Notes under the pieces: generated by a model | Databases searched by the model: none | What the model saw: only the letters and a program-made list of their open reading frames with translations | Told to the model about the DNA's origin: nothing | IMG/VR virus record: IMGVR_UViG_3300033553_000816 | Direction: 5' to 3' (one strand) | DNA: 42,443 nt | Origin: a virus | Taxonomy: Duplodnaviria; Heunggongvirae; Uroviricota; Caudoviricetes | Position numbers and translations under genes: made by a program | Shown here: positions 17,385 through 27,311 of the stretch, one piece after another | Numbering within the stretch: position 1 is the first letter of the stretch | Layout: each line of letters starts with the position of its first letter

Positions 17385-18637
17385 GCGAGAACCTCAGTTA
17401 AGGTTCGCTTATCCCCTAATCTAGGACCATGGGACTCAATCATAATTCTTTTACCTGTAGTACTCTCAATAACCGATTTAAGGGCATCTAGATCTTTCAC
17501 TTTAATTGTTTCATAATCAGTAGCTGTTTTAAGCGCATGGTTATATGCTTCCATCAGGTCAAGCTCATCTTCACCTGCTGGCGTGAGAGCAACTTTGCTT
17601 TTAGCTAATTCCGTGACAAGGTAGTCGCAGTGTGTTAAAGCGATACTATCTATCTCCCCGTCAACTTCAACAGCGTATTTTAGGGTGGTTAGGTCTAGAT
17701 TACCTATACGAAAACTACCTTGCCATTCCCCGTCTTTGTTGTGGGCTTCCGGGAATTGAATAATAAATTCGTCATCTTGAATTTCTGTTGGAAAAGGACC
17801 GTAACCGTGACGAGTTCCGTATGTTCTTGTAATACCAATCACTTCTACATCATCACGACTGTAACCCGCTTCGTAAAGTAAAGTTAGCGCGTTCTTTGAC
17901 GTTGTTGTTGACCATGTTGTGTTCGGATGAAAACCGTGCCATTCGTCAAGAAGTATTCCTTGCGTGCCTTCGAATATTAGCTTATCTGATCGTGTTATGA
18001 AATCGCTTATAGTTTCGTCATCTATAATGGGAAAAGGATTGTAATTGTATGTTTCAATAAGCCCTTCGCATACTTCTTCTAAGTTGAACTCCATGTTAGG
18101 AAATTCCAATCTAACCCAATCATAGTATGCTGACAGTTTATCTAACAGTCTCTCCGGTTTGAGTATATCTCCGACAATAGGGGAGTCAGGCTCGAAAGGT
18201 TGCGTAGCGTACAGCATAGTTTCACCTATGCCATGTGCGCATGAACCGTGGGCTTCTAACCCACGAGCCCGTTCTCTTTGTCGGTTAGCTTCGCGGTGTA
18301 TCTCTGTTATCAGGAGTGCGTTCTCACTTACAAAGACATTACCCATCGGGTTGTATCCGATTTTACTTTCTAACACATCTGCTTCTAAAGCAAGAGACAA
18401 AGGGTTAACTAAGGTGAACCTGGATAGAATAGTAGCTACTCCTTGTAAAGTAGCGGACCCAAACTGCCTGAACGTATGATGAGTTCCGTCATCAAGTATT
18501 ACGTTATGAGCAGTTTGAGGCCCGCCGCTGAACTTTACAATAGCATCAGTTTTACCGTTAGTAGCTAAATAACTAGTTATAGTTCCCTTGCCTTCATCTC
18601 CGTAACCAAGTCCTACAACTATCTTATGTTCACTCAC
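17381..18637 (-). CDS. Adenylosuccinate synthetase-like protein (divergent PurA fold)
   Basis: GYGDEGKG, GGPQTAH, HGIG, FEGTQGILLD, TRHGYGPFPTE, FRIG.LD, SHGP. The TTGR aspartate loop is replaced. Confidence 0.9.
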   Translation of the reverse strand: MSEHKIVVGLGYGDEGKGTITSYLATNGKTDAIVKFSGGPQTAHNVILDDGTHHTFRQFGSATLQGVATILSRFTLVNPLSLALEADVLESKIGYNPMGNVFVSENALLITEIHREANRQRERARGLEAHGSCAHGIGETMLYATQPFEPDSPIVGDILKPERLLDKLSAYYDWVRLEFPNMEFNLEEVCEGLIETYNYNPFPIIDDETISDFITRSDKLIFEGTQGILLDEWHGFHPNTTWSTTTSKNALTLLYEAGYSRDDVEVIGITRTYGTRHGYGPFPTEIQDDEFIIQFPEAHNKDGEWQGSFRIGNLDLTTLKYAVEVDGEIDSIALTHCDYLVTELAKSKVALTPAGEDELDLMEAYNHALKTATDYETIKVKDLDALKSVIESTTGKRIMIESHGPRLGDKRTLTEVLA

Positions 18638-18685
18638 AGCCGGTTTCCTTTCCAGGGATATCTAAACGTATTCTACCATATTTTA

Positions 18686-19693
18686 TTACAACCTAGCAGC
18701 TCCTGGTCCAACTAGGTCAACATCAACCTCAGTAGCTGAGCGAGTTATGATATCTAAACCAGCTGTTGATTTCTTAACAGATTCTATAGTGCGACGGTCC
18801 ACACCCATATCAGCTAAGTCCTCTGTACTGTCATCCAAATCGATGTTACCTTCTAGTAGACCAATTGCGACACCAATTGTTTCTGAGATGGCCTCTACGT
18901 CTTGGATTACGAGTACGTGGTCTTTACCGAAGAGGTTCTCATAGAATTCCTTGGATTTCTGCATAGCAGCTGAAGCGTTGTCGATAAGTAGAATATACGT
19001 ATCCCACTTCTCTTGAACTGTTTTAGCTAACCCTTTAGCGGTGATGTCGCCTTGGACTTCATCAACCCCGAGGTTCTCTTTAACGTGCTCTGGTCTAAGG
19101 TCAAGTGCTCTTTCATCAGCGATGAAGAAAGCGTAACCTTTTTTGTTTCTCTTCTCAAAAGCATCAGTGGAAGTGTGGTTAGCTAAGTAATACCAAGCTA
19201 AAGTCTGGGTTTCGCCCATATTTCCACCACCACCGCCTTCTAGGAAGAGGTTGTCCAGGTTGTCATCAATCCTGTTGTCAGATTCGAACTGGCTTAACTG
19301 TAACGGTACTCTGTCAACGTAAGCGTCACCGTACGCACCAATCATGATTTGAGGATCTTCAGCATAACCTTTCCTTACAAGCAAACCAAACAGTGTTGTT
19401 AATCTAGCCTGTACAGTACTTGGGATGCTACCCATTGAACCGGTGGCGTCGAACATTACGCAAATAGGTAATGAGTTCGGGTGTTCATCACTGTCACGAG
19501 ATTCTTTCATGACCTGCCCGGCGTATGTTGACGTGTCACCAGCTTTTTTCTTAGGGTCAAGATCTTCGTGGGATTTCCATGAGGACCTTCCTGCTGATCT
19601 TGTTGAGTGGGAGTAACCGAATGTCGCTCCCGAGGATACTCGTGCTCCTGCGGCACTAGCATATGTGTCTGCTGACCATGTTCCTGATCCCAT
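18686..19693 (-). CDS. vWA domain protein
   Basis: MFDATGSMG (MIDAS-like), AYGDAY.D..PLQ, EGGGGGN..E; RBS AGGAAG before ATG 19693. Confidence 0.82.
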   Translation of the reverse strand: MGSGTWSADTYASAAGARVSSGATFGYSHSTRSAGRSSWKSHEDLDPKKKAGDTSTYAGQVMKESRDSDEHPNSLPICVMFDATGSMGSIPSTVQARLTTLFGLLVRKGYAEDPQIMIGAYGDAYVDRVPLQLSQFESDNRIDDNLDNLFLEGGGGGNMGETQTLAWYYLANHTSTDAFEKRNKKGYAFFIADERALDLRPEHVKENLGVDEVQGDITAKGLAKTVQEKWDTYILLIDNASAAMQKSKEFYENLFGKDHVLVIQDVEAISETIGVAIGLLEGNIDLDDSTEDLADMGVDRRTIESVKKSTAGLDIITRSATEVDVDLVGPGAARL

Positions 19694-19793
19694 TGTAACC
19701 ACTTCCTAAAGTAATACTAAGATAGTCACTTTGACTATCTATAATAGAATATCGGAGGGTTAGACAAGTTTTTCTGAAAAAAGGAAAGAAAAG

Positions 19794-20852
19794 TTAACTA
19801 ATTTTCATTTCATGGAATCTAGGCGTCCCGTAAACCTCATATAACACTTCATTGAACTCATTGAGGAGAACAGCCGGGTGAGGAGTAGAGTACTTACATC
19901 CCTCAAAGAAAACAGCTAGTTTTTTAGGTAGCTCAGCGGATGAAACTTTCAACATGGTTTCTGCTGCCATCTTAATGTCTAAGTTGTAGTCAACAGCTTT
20001 CTTATTCAAACTAGCTTTAGTGTACATTCCCTTATGTTTACTATTAACGGCTTTGAGAGTATCACCAGCCTCAACGCTGTAATGCCAGTCTCTTAGTACT
20101 AACCCGTGCGCTTGAGGGTTAATTAGAATACTGTCCTCATTAACGTTGGCATGTACGAAACCCGTATCATAAGCGTTACCAATTGAAACCAGTAGGCGTT
20201 TGAAAATCCAAGCAACATCACGACCCTGTAAGTTGCTGTTAAAAATGTCTGCTACCTCTTTAAGGGAGAACCAATCACCTGCGAGTTTATTGTTAACAAA
20301 GCCGAAGTGTTCTTTACCTGAAATCTTAAATAAGCCCTTATCTACAACGTCAGGGTAGAAAGCAGCCAGCTTATCGTTATTTGCGATGATCTTCTTAAGG
20401 TTTTTGAAGCCATTCTCAACCAGGTCGTTATCCTTATGGTTAACAGGTAGGGACAAGAAACCCGTTCTAGTTACCTTTTCTTTATCTTTATATTCAACCT
20501 CAAAAGTCTTAACAACCTCATCATAAGACAGCTGCCCGTCTTTACTCAAAGCAACATAATGGTTCTTCTTTGTTGAGAAAACCAAAGGGGATGACTTCTT
20601 AGCTTTACTTTCACCCTTAGCCCCGCTTCCAGCTTCTAAAGACAACAGAAACTCATGGTACATACTAGTAAGCTTATTAAAAAGCGTGTTACCCTTGTTC
20701 TTCATACCCTCAGGCAGATAATCAGGGTGAACCGCTCGCGCTAACTTAAGGTAAGAGCGCTTAGCTTCTTTAGCTGTTGAAACAGTAAAAATGTCTTTAT
20801 ATTTTTTGGCCTCATCAACCAGCTTAACGTAATCTTCAGACTTATTTGCCAT
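19794..20852 (-). CDS. J-domain (HPD) fused to a kinase-like, probably pseudokinase, domain
   Basis: YLKLARAVHPD; GFVHANVNEDSILINPQAHGLVLRDWHYS resembles the catalytic loop and DFG region without the HxD Asp. Confidence 0.78.
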   Translation of the reverse strand: MANKSEDYVKLVDEAKKYKDIFTVSTAKEAKRSYLKLARAVHPDYLPEGMKNKGNTLFNKLTSMYHEFLLSLEAGSGAKGESKAKKSSPLVFSTKKNHYVALSKDGQLSYDEVVKTFEVEYKDKEKVTRTGFLSLPVNHKDNDLVENGFKNLKKIIANNDKLAAFYPDVVDKGLFKISGKEHFGFVNNKLAGDWFSLKEVADIFNSNLQGRDVAWIFKRLLVSIGNAYDTGFVHANVNEDSILINPQAHGLVLRDWHYSVEAGDTLKAVNSKHKGMYTKASLNKKAVDYNLDIKMAAETMLKVSSAELPKKLAVFFEGCKYSTPHPAVLLNEFNEVLYEVYGTPRFHEMKIS

Positions 20853-20964
20853 TCACATTCCCTCAAATTCAAGTTATAAATAGTATATCACAGTTTGCGT
20901 CACTTGACTAATCCGCTAGGTAACTGTAACATGTTAAATACGTATCAAACATAAAGGAGTTATC

Positions 20965-21087
20965 ATGGTAAAAGACAACGGCGAAACTCAAGAGAACGAA
21001 ACTTTTGATGAATGTATCCTTACCGGTGAGCCGGGAGAGAACCCCGATGATTGCACCACTCATGACCACCGAAACTATGACAAGTAG
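20965..21087 (+). CDS. 40-aa acidic Cys/His peptide (not in ORF track)
   Basis: RBS AAGGAG, promoter TTGACT-17-TAACAT; MVKDNGETQENETFDECILTGEPGENPDDCTTHDHRNYDK*. Confidence 0.65.
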   Translation: MVKDNGETQENETFDECILTGEPGENPDDCTTHDHRNYDK

Positions 21088-21176
21088 AGTTGTGAGCTTC
21101 CATTAAAATATAAGTTTTTTGAACGCTACGATTCGTGGCCGATATATTATAGGGTAACAAGAAAAGGATAATCATT

Positions 21177-21335
21177 GTGTTCACATTCATAGGATCTTTA
21201 GTGACAGGGTTAGGTTTCGCTGCGTTAGCGGCGTATGAGATGAAAACTAAACCTAGCTTCAATAAAAAAGTAGGTTACGCTATGTATGCCATCGGTGCGG
21301 CCTTCGTAGTTTTCGCAGTTATAAATATGCTGTAA
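21177..21335 (+). CDS. 52-aa two-TM protein (not in ORF track)
   Basis: GTG start, RBS AAGGA, two hydrophobic helices. Confidence 0.6.
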   Translation: MFTFIGSLVTGLGFAALAAYEMKTKPSFNKKVGYAMYAIGAAFVVFAVINML

Positions 21336-21429
21336 GAAATATTTATTCAACAATAGTTCAGCACATGCCGATAAATTATCTGAACAGATAAAAAGTTCAT
21401 TTCCGTCTGGCTAAAAAGGAGCTGATACT

Positions 21430-21915
21430 ATGGAAAGCTTTTGGGATGAGACTCCTTTCGGTAACAGCTACGCCACGGACTTCATTGAAGAGCTGAGAAA
21501 CAACGGTGTTAGCCTATTAGAGGAAACCTATGTTGAGTTCAGCGAGAAATGTGAGACTGACATCGAGTTAGAATCTAAAATTTATGCTGCTGCTTCAATT
21601 ATTAAATACGCATTGAAGGGCGATGATGAAGACTCTGTACTCCGCACTATAGATGGATGGCTAGAGAGACAAGATGATTTTAATGCTGAGGATTTCATAG
21701 AGGATACCTTAGCTTACCTTGAAAGAATTAAGATGAACTCGGCTTTAGCTGAATATTGGAAAGAAGAGGAAGTTTATTCTTCTTGGAAAAGCGAAGTTCA
21801 AGAGATTATCAACGCAATAACTCGTTGGATGTCTGAAATTAACGATAAAAACGAAGATGATGAACCTAAATATGATTCTCAAGTGTTATACGATTTCGAT
21901 GATGAGGACTACTGA
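21430..21915 (+). CDS. DUF4259-like acidic protein
   Basis: W..TPFGNSYATDF N-terminus and helical C-terminal W..EV..I pattern. Confidence 0.55.
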   Translation: MESFWDETPFGNSYATDFIEELRNNGVSLLEETYVEFSEKCETDIELESKIYAAASIIKYALKGDDEDSVLRTIDGWLERQDDFNAEDFIEDTLAYLERIKMNSALAEYWKEEEVYSSWKSEVQEIINAITRWMSEINDKNEDDEPKYDSQVLYDFDDEDY

Positions 21916-21926
21916 GTTAAAAACAG

Positions 21927-22574
21927 TTAATATTCAATACCTTTTCTGTTAGCTACTTTCAGCTTAGCTTTACTCTTACCGTCAGGGTTACGCTGCATAT
22001 GGTGTTTACGGCAAAGAACCTCGTAGCGAACATTATCTTCATTAGCGGTGTCGCCAATAACAACCTGTTCGCCTTCAACAACCATTTCGTTATCCACAAC
22101 CCGAGCGTTATGTGTACCTCGTTTACCACACCAGCATAATGTTATAACTTGAATAGTTTCAACACGGTCAGCTAACTCTATCAGCCTTGAAGAGCCAGGG
22201 AAGAGATGTGTTTTGAAATCCGTGGTAATACCGAAAGCATAAACGTTAATGTCGAGCATATCAACGATCCTAGCTAAATGCTCAATCTGAGGTACCGTGT
22301 AGAACTGAGATTCATCACAAATCAGGTAATCTATTTGTTTACCTTCACCTATCAGCGCGCTAACATCATCCCAGATTTTAGTTTCATCGTTAACATCTCT
22401 AGCTTCAGCTTTCAAACCTATTCTAGAGGTCAGAAGCTTAGCTCCGTCTCTGGATAACTTAGAATAAATAACCCCTTGACGGCCACCTTCGATGTGGGTG
22501 AAGTTCATTTGTAACGCAAGCGTGCTCTTACCGGCTCCCATAGGGCCTGTGAAGAAAACCAGTTCCGCCATCAT
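21927..22574 (-). CDS. tdk: Thymidine kinase
   Basis: FFTGPMGAGKST, CDESQF, FGITTDF..LFPGS, CWCG..GTHNAR, YEVLCRKH. Confidence 0.95.
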   Translation of the reverse strand: MMAELVFFTGPMGAGKSTLALQMNFTHIEGGRQGVIYSKLSRDGAKLLTSRIGLKAEARDVNDETKIWDDVSALIGEGKQIDYLICDESQFYTVPQIEHLARIVDMLDINVYAFGITTDFKTHLFPGSSRLIELADRVETIQVITLCWCGKRGTHNARVVDNEMVVEGEQVVIGDTANEDNVRYEVLCRKHHMQRNPDGKSKAKLKVANRKGIEY

Positions 22575-22712
22575 GAATCCTTTTCAACGAATATACTATT
22601 TAGCTTGTATATCGTCCTGACTGAACGTAAACCTAACTAAAGGACAGTGGATTATATTGACAAGATACCCGCCATCATGATAGTCTTGTATTAAATAATG
22701 AGGAGAGAAAAT

Positions 22713-22931
22713 ATGTCCAAGAGAAACATGCGTGGAACTACCGAATATGCGGAAGCTATGAACCCTGTACAGAAGGCACTGAGCACTGCGTTTTCCTTCA
22801 TTATTTTTGGGGCCGGGTATTCACTGGCTTTCCTGTTTTATCACCCCAAGAAGAATAGCGCCACCCACGAATCCAGGGAAGAGCTGTTCGGAATGGTTTC
22901 AGACACATGGAAGCATCGACACGAAGTCTAA
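22713..22931 (+). CDS. Small membrane protein
   Basis: RBS GAGGAG, TTGACA promoter, one TM segment. Confidence 0.6.
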   Translation: MSKRNMRGTTEYAEAMNPVQKALSTAFSFIIFGAGYSLAFLFYHPKKNSATHESREELFGMVSDTWKHRHEV

Positions 22932-22999
22932 AAACTTTAACTAATTCATGTCACCGTTAGATATTCAGTTGTTCAGTAAAAATAAGGTAGGTACCTAAA

Positions 23000-23389
23000 A
23001 TGTCAGTCGAAAAATATTTGAATGAAATCCAAGAGCGCGCTTCGCGAGCAACACCAGGCCCTTGGGAAGCCGGTGGTATGGACTCAGGGCACTCAAAATA
23101 TTCAATGGAAGCTTGGGTCACCACTAAAAAGATGGGCGACCAGATTTGTAGCATGGATGGTTTAACTCGTTCACAGAACGAAAAGGAAGCTAAAGATGAT
23201 GGTGAAGCGGACGCTTGGTTTATAGCTCACGCCAGAACAGACATCCCTAACTTGGTAGTGCCTCTCAAAGAAATTCTTGAATTACATGCCCCTTCTCCGG
23301 ACGGTAAAACTTGTGTTGCATGTAAGACAGCCATTTACCCTTGCGCTACCATAAAAATTATGTTAGCTTATCTAGCAACAGAGGATTAA
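23000..23389 (+). CDS. Ead/Ea22-like phage protein
   Basis: RATPGPW..DAWFIAHARTDIP; C-terminal CVAC..YPC.T. Confidence 0.7.
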   Translation: MSVEKYLNEIQERASRATPGPWEAGGMDSGHSKYSMEAWVTTKKMGDQICSMDGLTRSQNEKEAKDDGEADAWFIAHARTDIPNLVVPLKEILELHAPSPDGKTCVACKTAIYPCATIKIMLAYLATED

Positions 23390-23474
23390 AGCTCTTAACT
23401 GAGCAAAAAAGGGTTGACAATAGCTCCTGTTTGAGTTAAGCTGAAACTAACAAATCCTTTAGAGAGGGAATACA

Positions 23475-23951
23475 ATGGACAACAACGAATCTTATGAGAA
23501 GTACGCTAAGAAGCAGCGGAAGCGTTTCATTTCCAGGATTATAAACTATGCGTTTGTTTACTCGGTCGCAGTTATCGGTTTCACCATGATTTTCGGTGGT
23601 ATATGGGATATGATCGCTGGGATGTTCCTCATGACCCTCCCAGCGTTTTACCACTCCAACGTTAAGCTTAAGCATGGCGCTGATTATAAGAGAATTCTTA
23701 ACCTCGAAATCATTGAACACATCCACTGGGGTCTGATTGGTGTTGTACTTATTATTCAGGGCAACAACCCGTGGGTTGTCACACTAGGTATTCTTGATTT
23801 GATTATGGTGGCCATTGGTGCTTTAGTTATTGTTCTTTTCAACAAAGTTGAAGGCTCGGATGACCCTAAGGAGCAGGCTCTTCGTGAGGGCCTTATCAAC
23901 ACTTGGGAGAGCATGGGCGAACCTGTTAAGTGGGTTTCAGCTAACAAGTAA
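23475..23951 (+). CDS. 4-TM membrane protein (family of 26116 and 26732)
   Basis: TTGACA-17-TAAGCT promoter; hydrophobic segments; NNP motif. Confidence 0.75.
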   Translation: MDNNESYEKYAKKQRKRFISRIINYAFVYSVAVIGFTMIFGGIWDMIAGMFLMTLPAFYHSNVKLKHGADYKRILNLEIIEHIHWGLIGVVLIIQGNNPWVVTLGILDLIMVAIGALVIVLFNKVEGSDDPKEQALREGLINTWESMGEPVKWVSANK

Positions 23952-23958
23952 AATAAAC

Positions 23959-24009
23959 TAAGATAAGCAGGGCGGCGGTTCGCTGAGAGCTGTTACCCTG
24001 CTTATCTTA
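23959..24009 (+). terminator. Long hairpin after ORF 23475
   Basis: TAAGATAAGCAGGG / CCCTGCTTATCTTA (14 bp), extended by G:U pairs. Confidence 0.7.
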
Positions 24010-24099
24010 TGCTCGTGGGCGGTAACTGATGTAATAAGCGTTGCCGATATGTATCTGTGTACGACTTTAAAAGTTATGATGAACTACGCATCAAAAGGC

Positions 24100-26090
24100 A
24101 TCTGAGTTCCTTAATACTTAGTCTCGTAGCAGTCGTCAATTTGCGCGTTTTTATGCAACATACCGATATTATGTAATATGAATGATTTTATCAGAGTAGG
24201 AGAAGTGGCGCGGGAATTACACGTCACTACTCAGACAGTACGGCGTTACGTAAAAGATGGTCGGCTCAAGACGGATTTAACACCCGGTGGTCGCTATACG
24301 TTTCAGCGTTCTTATGTTGATGAGTTCCTTGGCTTGGAACCTCAACGACCTGTGACTGTGTTTTATGTTCGCTCCAGTGATGGAGACCTAGTTAAAATCA
24401 AGAATCAGGAAGTCTACTTGACCGAATCTTATGGTAGCCCAGCGCGTATCTATGTGGATAAAGCAAGTGGTCTGAATGAGAAGCGCCCAGGGTTACAAAA
24501 ACTTCTTCGTGATGCTAAACTTCGCAATTTCTCCCGTGTGGCTGTCACACAACGCGACCGATTAGCGAGATTTGGAACTCATTATCTAGAGACACTTCTG
24601 AAAGAATACGAAGTTGAGTTAGTGATTTTGAGTGACAAAGGCGATAAGACTTTACATGAAGAACTCATGCAGGATTTTATGAGCCTGATAGCCTCATTCT
24701 CTGGTCGCTACTACCGCTTACGTGGACATGAACAGTCTAAAAGGTTACTCCGCGAAGCTGAGGCTCACATCCGATGAAACCTGTTCTCTCAGCCCTCCCC
24801 CGTCTCACACCTATGAGTGTCGTGAACACGGGCACGGGTGAGGTTTTAGAATGGGAAGATCTTCAAAAAAGTGACCTGTCCTCACTCCTAAACTGGGTGT
24901 TTTCTGAGACCACACGACTGTATACGACCGATAAGGTAAGGGTTCATGAGGTTGCGAATGGTTTGAAGTTTAATGCCGCTGAGTACGCTCGCCAAGCAGG
25001 TTTTACCGCTGATCATATGGGCCTGTCTCGTGATGTGAAAGCTAAATCCCGTTTGAACAAACTAGTTGGTTATAAACTTATGAGTGAAACAGCTTCGTAT
25101 GAGCGGAACCCGAATCCAAGAAAGCAACCACACGCGTTCAACAAAACTACCAACCTCGGAGCGGTGGATGGTCAAATGGCCAGCCTGGAGCGAGAAGGCA
25201 ACCTACTTATTCTCACCTGGAAATGCTGGGAAAACGAATATGAGATAAGCTTTCTCATACCGCATTACCTTCAAACACGTGTTATCACCAAATGGACTTT
25301 ACCTGTTGTGAGTGAACAGGGGTTTATTTTTGTTTGTGAGGAGCAACCAGAGCCTATTACGGGGTCTCAAACCGCTGGGATTGACCTTGGGCGTGTGGAG
25401 CCTTTCACTATGGCTGTGTTGAGTAAAAAAGGGCTGTTAGAGGCCGAGTATAGGGCAAGGCCACAGGTTCGTTCAACTAACATCAAACGTGAACGTATTC
25501 TTAAAGAGATATTAACAACCCGAGCGAAAGCAGAAACCTATGAAACTCTAGGAGCAGACTCTAATGTTCTTCGCACAGAAATAACCCGGATGCGAGCAAA
25601 AGCCAAAAGAATAAGTAATTCTCTCTCCGGGGAAATAGCTGCTGACATCACAAACAAAATCACGCGCCATGAGGTGAAAACGCTCCACATAGAAAACCTC
25701 AAATGGGCTGTCGGAGCTAAATACGGTTCACGCTGGGCTCACGGTCAAACCGCAGAAAAAATCGAACACGCCGCAGCAAGAGCTGGTGTGGGAGTGAAAC
25801 GTGTTAATGCTCGTGGCACCAGCCAAAAATGTCACAAATGCCAAAACGTGGTGGCACATAACTCAAAAACCCGTGTGGCCACTTGTACGAGTTGCCGCAT
25901 TAAACTTGACCGTGACGTGAACGCAGCGATGAACATCGCTAAAAACCAAGGAACCCGCCTGCCAATAGAGGGCTTGCCGGGTAACGTTAGAGGGGAACAC
26001 GGTTTACGTGTTCTACCAGGCGTTTTGACTAAAAAAGTCAATCCCAGCGGTTCTTGTAACATAGCAACCCATGTTGCGAATGTTGCGTTA
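24100..26090 (+). mobile_element. IS607-family element (ends approximate)
   Basis: Serine recombinase tnpA overlaps tnpB. GCAACAT-type short repeats near both presumed ends (24156; 26063-26087). Confidence 0.85.
24178..24777 (+). CDS. tnpA: IS607 TnpA serine recombinase (MerR-like HTH)
   Basis: GEVARELHVTTQTVRRY..G; FYVRSS; KASGLNEKRPGL; RDRLARFG; EELMQDFMSLIASFSGRYYRLR. Confidence 0.93.
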   Translation: MNDFIRVGEVARELHVTTQTVRRYVKDGRLKTDLTPGGRYTFQRSYVDEFLGLEPQRPVTVFYVRSSDGDLVKIKNQEVYLTESYGSPARIYVDKASGLNEKRPGLQKLLRDAKLRNFSRVAVTQRDRLARFGTHYLETLLKEYEVELVILSDKGDKTLHEELMQDFMSLIASFSGRYYRLRGHEQSKRLLREAEAHIR

Positions 26091-26135
26091 ATTACTACTC
26101 TGGAAGAGAAGAATAATGGAAGAAAATACCGCTAA
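24774..26135 (+). CDS. tnpB: IS607 TnpB nuclease
   Basis: AGIDLG, LHIENL, TSQKCHKC..CTSC, DRDVNAAMNI. Confidence 0.92.
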   Translation: MKPVLSALPRLTPMSVVNTGTGEVLEWEDLQKSDLSSLLNWVFSETTRLYTTDKVRVHEVANGLKFNAAEYARQAGFTADHMGLSRDVKAKSRLNKLVGYKLMSETASYERNPNPRKQPHAFNKTTNLGAVDGQMASLEREGNLLILTWKCWENEYEISFLIPHYLQTRVITKWTLPVVSEQGFIFVCEEQPEPITGSQTAGIDLGRVEPFTMAVLSKKGLLEAEYRARPQVRSTNIKRERILKEILTTRAKAETYETLGADSNVLRTEITRMRAKAKRISNSLSGEIAADITNKITRHEVKTLHIENLKWAVGAKYGSRWAHGQTAEKIEHAAARAGVGVKRVNARGTSQKCHKCQNVVAHNSKTRVATCTSCRIKLDRDVNAAMNIAKNQGTRLPIEGLPGNVRGEHGLRVLPGVLTKKVNPSGSCNIATHVANVALITTLEEKNNGRKYR

Positions 26136-26568
26136 AGGTAATCCCCCGATAAAACATAAGCGCATACCTAGAATGTCTTTGATGAGTATTCTGCTTATGT
26201 ATGCTATCGCATTTATTGTTGGCTCAGAAGTCTCTAACGCTAGGGGTTTCGAAACTGGTGCTGTAATATTTGGTTTACCTTTGGTGTACAACATTTATGT
26301 TAGCGCAAAAGCCATAGCTCCTGCTTCGATGTTACATGATTTCAAATATTTGACATATTTGTATTTCGCCATAACAGCTCTGCTGTTCGCCTTCTACAAT
26401 ATGGGTTCAATGCTGTCGGTTTCAATATTTCTGTTAGCTTTGATTTTCATCTCTATGGTAGTTATGATATCCGCTATGGCCTTAAGGGATTTTTTATTCA
26501 CATACGAACCTGGTGTTAGAAGTTTTTTCAGGTCTTTCTTCGGGTTTTTCAAATCAGCCATACGTTAA
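26116..26568 (+). CDS. 4-TM membrane protein
   Basis: Hydrophobic segments; weak similarity to 23475 and 26732. Confidence 0.7.
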   Translation: MEENTAKGNPPIKHKRIPRMSLMSILLMYAIAFIVGSEVSNARGFETGAVIFGLPLVYNIYVSAKAIAPASMLHDFKYLTYLYFAITALLFAFYNMGSMLSVSIFLLALIFISMVVMISAMALRDFLFTYEPGVRSFFRSFFGFFKSAIR

Positions 26569-26731
26569 ATTGATGTTTACGTAAATTCACACCTGTATGC
26601 AAAAAGCCTATATCAGCAGATAGGATATTTTTGAAACAATAATAAGAGCTGTACATTAGTATAATGTTTAAGCTAGTAGAATTAGTTCACACAACTAACT
26701 TTATGATATTATCAAGAAAAAGGACTTAGAT

Positions 26732-27199
26732 ATGACCGATAACAACAGTACCGCCGAATTTTGGATGAACCCTACAACTTTTTATAATAAGGTCATTCCT
26801 TTTATCGTATATGCCGCTATTGCTGTCAGAGGTATCTACCTTGTTGGATGGACAGAGTATATGGTTCAGGGTTTACTTCTTATAGTTATACCTGTAGTGC
26901 TTTTCGTTGCGAAACAAGTTAATAAGAGAGTTAGTGCTGTGGTTGGTTTCCTTACGTTGTTCTCTACCCGCATGTACATAATTGGTGCGTTAACTGCTAG
27001 CTTTTTCTTAAATAACAACCCGGTAATTGTTTGTACTTTAGCGGCGTTAATATTTGGTGGTTTAGCAATCTCATTCTCACTGGCGCGCGCGTTCACTTAT
27101 GCTTCACCTGCCTCAAAAGGAACAGATATACCTACTTGGTTAATGGCTAGAAAATTTCTTGTGTATGGTTTTGGAAAGTCAAAATCCACTGAAACTTAG
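26732..27199 (+). CDS. 4-TM membrane protein
   Basis: RBS AAGGA; hydrophobic segments; NNP motif. Confidence 0.72.
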   Translation: MTDNNSTAEFWMNPTTFYNKVIPFIVYAAIAVRGIYLVGWTEYMVQGLLLIVIPVVLFVAKQVNKRVSAVVGFLTLFSTRMYIIGALTASFFLNNNPVIVCTLAALIFGGLAISFSLARAFTYASPASKGTDIPTWLMARKFLVYGFGKSKSTET

Positions 27200-27311
27200 A
27201 CCGTTCACAAGTCAACATCTTTTCCGGCAGCTAATAACTTAGCTTGCTAAATTACCTTACTCATGCTATTGTAGATTTTATAGTAGCAAGGGAAAGGTTA
27301 AGGGAAGCTTC

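Noticed and set aside
17381-18637. PurZ / Z-genome
   Set aside because: It retains the GDEGKG Asp and lacks the TVT..R loop; no dATPase or MazZ genes are seen in the window.
23959-24060. tRNA-like sequence (GGTTCG)
   Set aside because: It folds as one long hairpin; there is no cloverleaf, anticodon arm or CCA.
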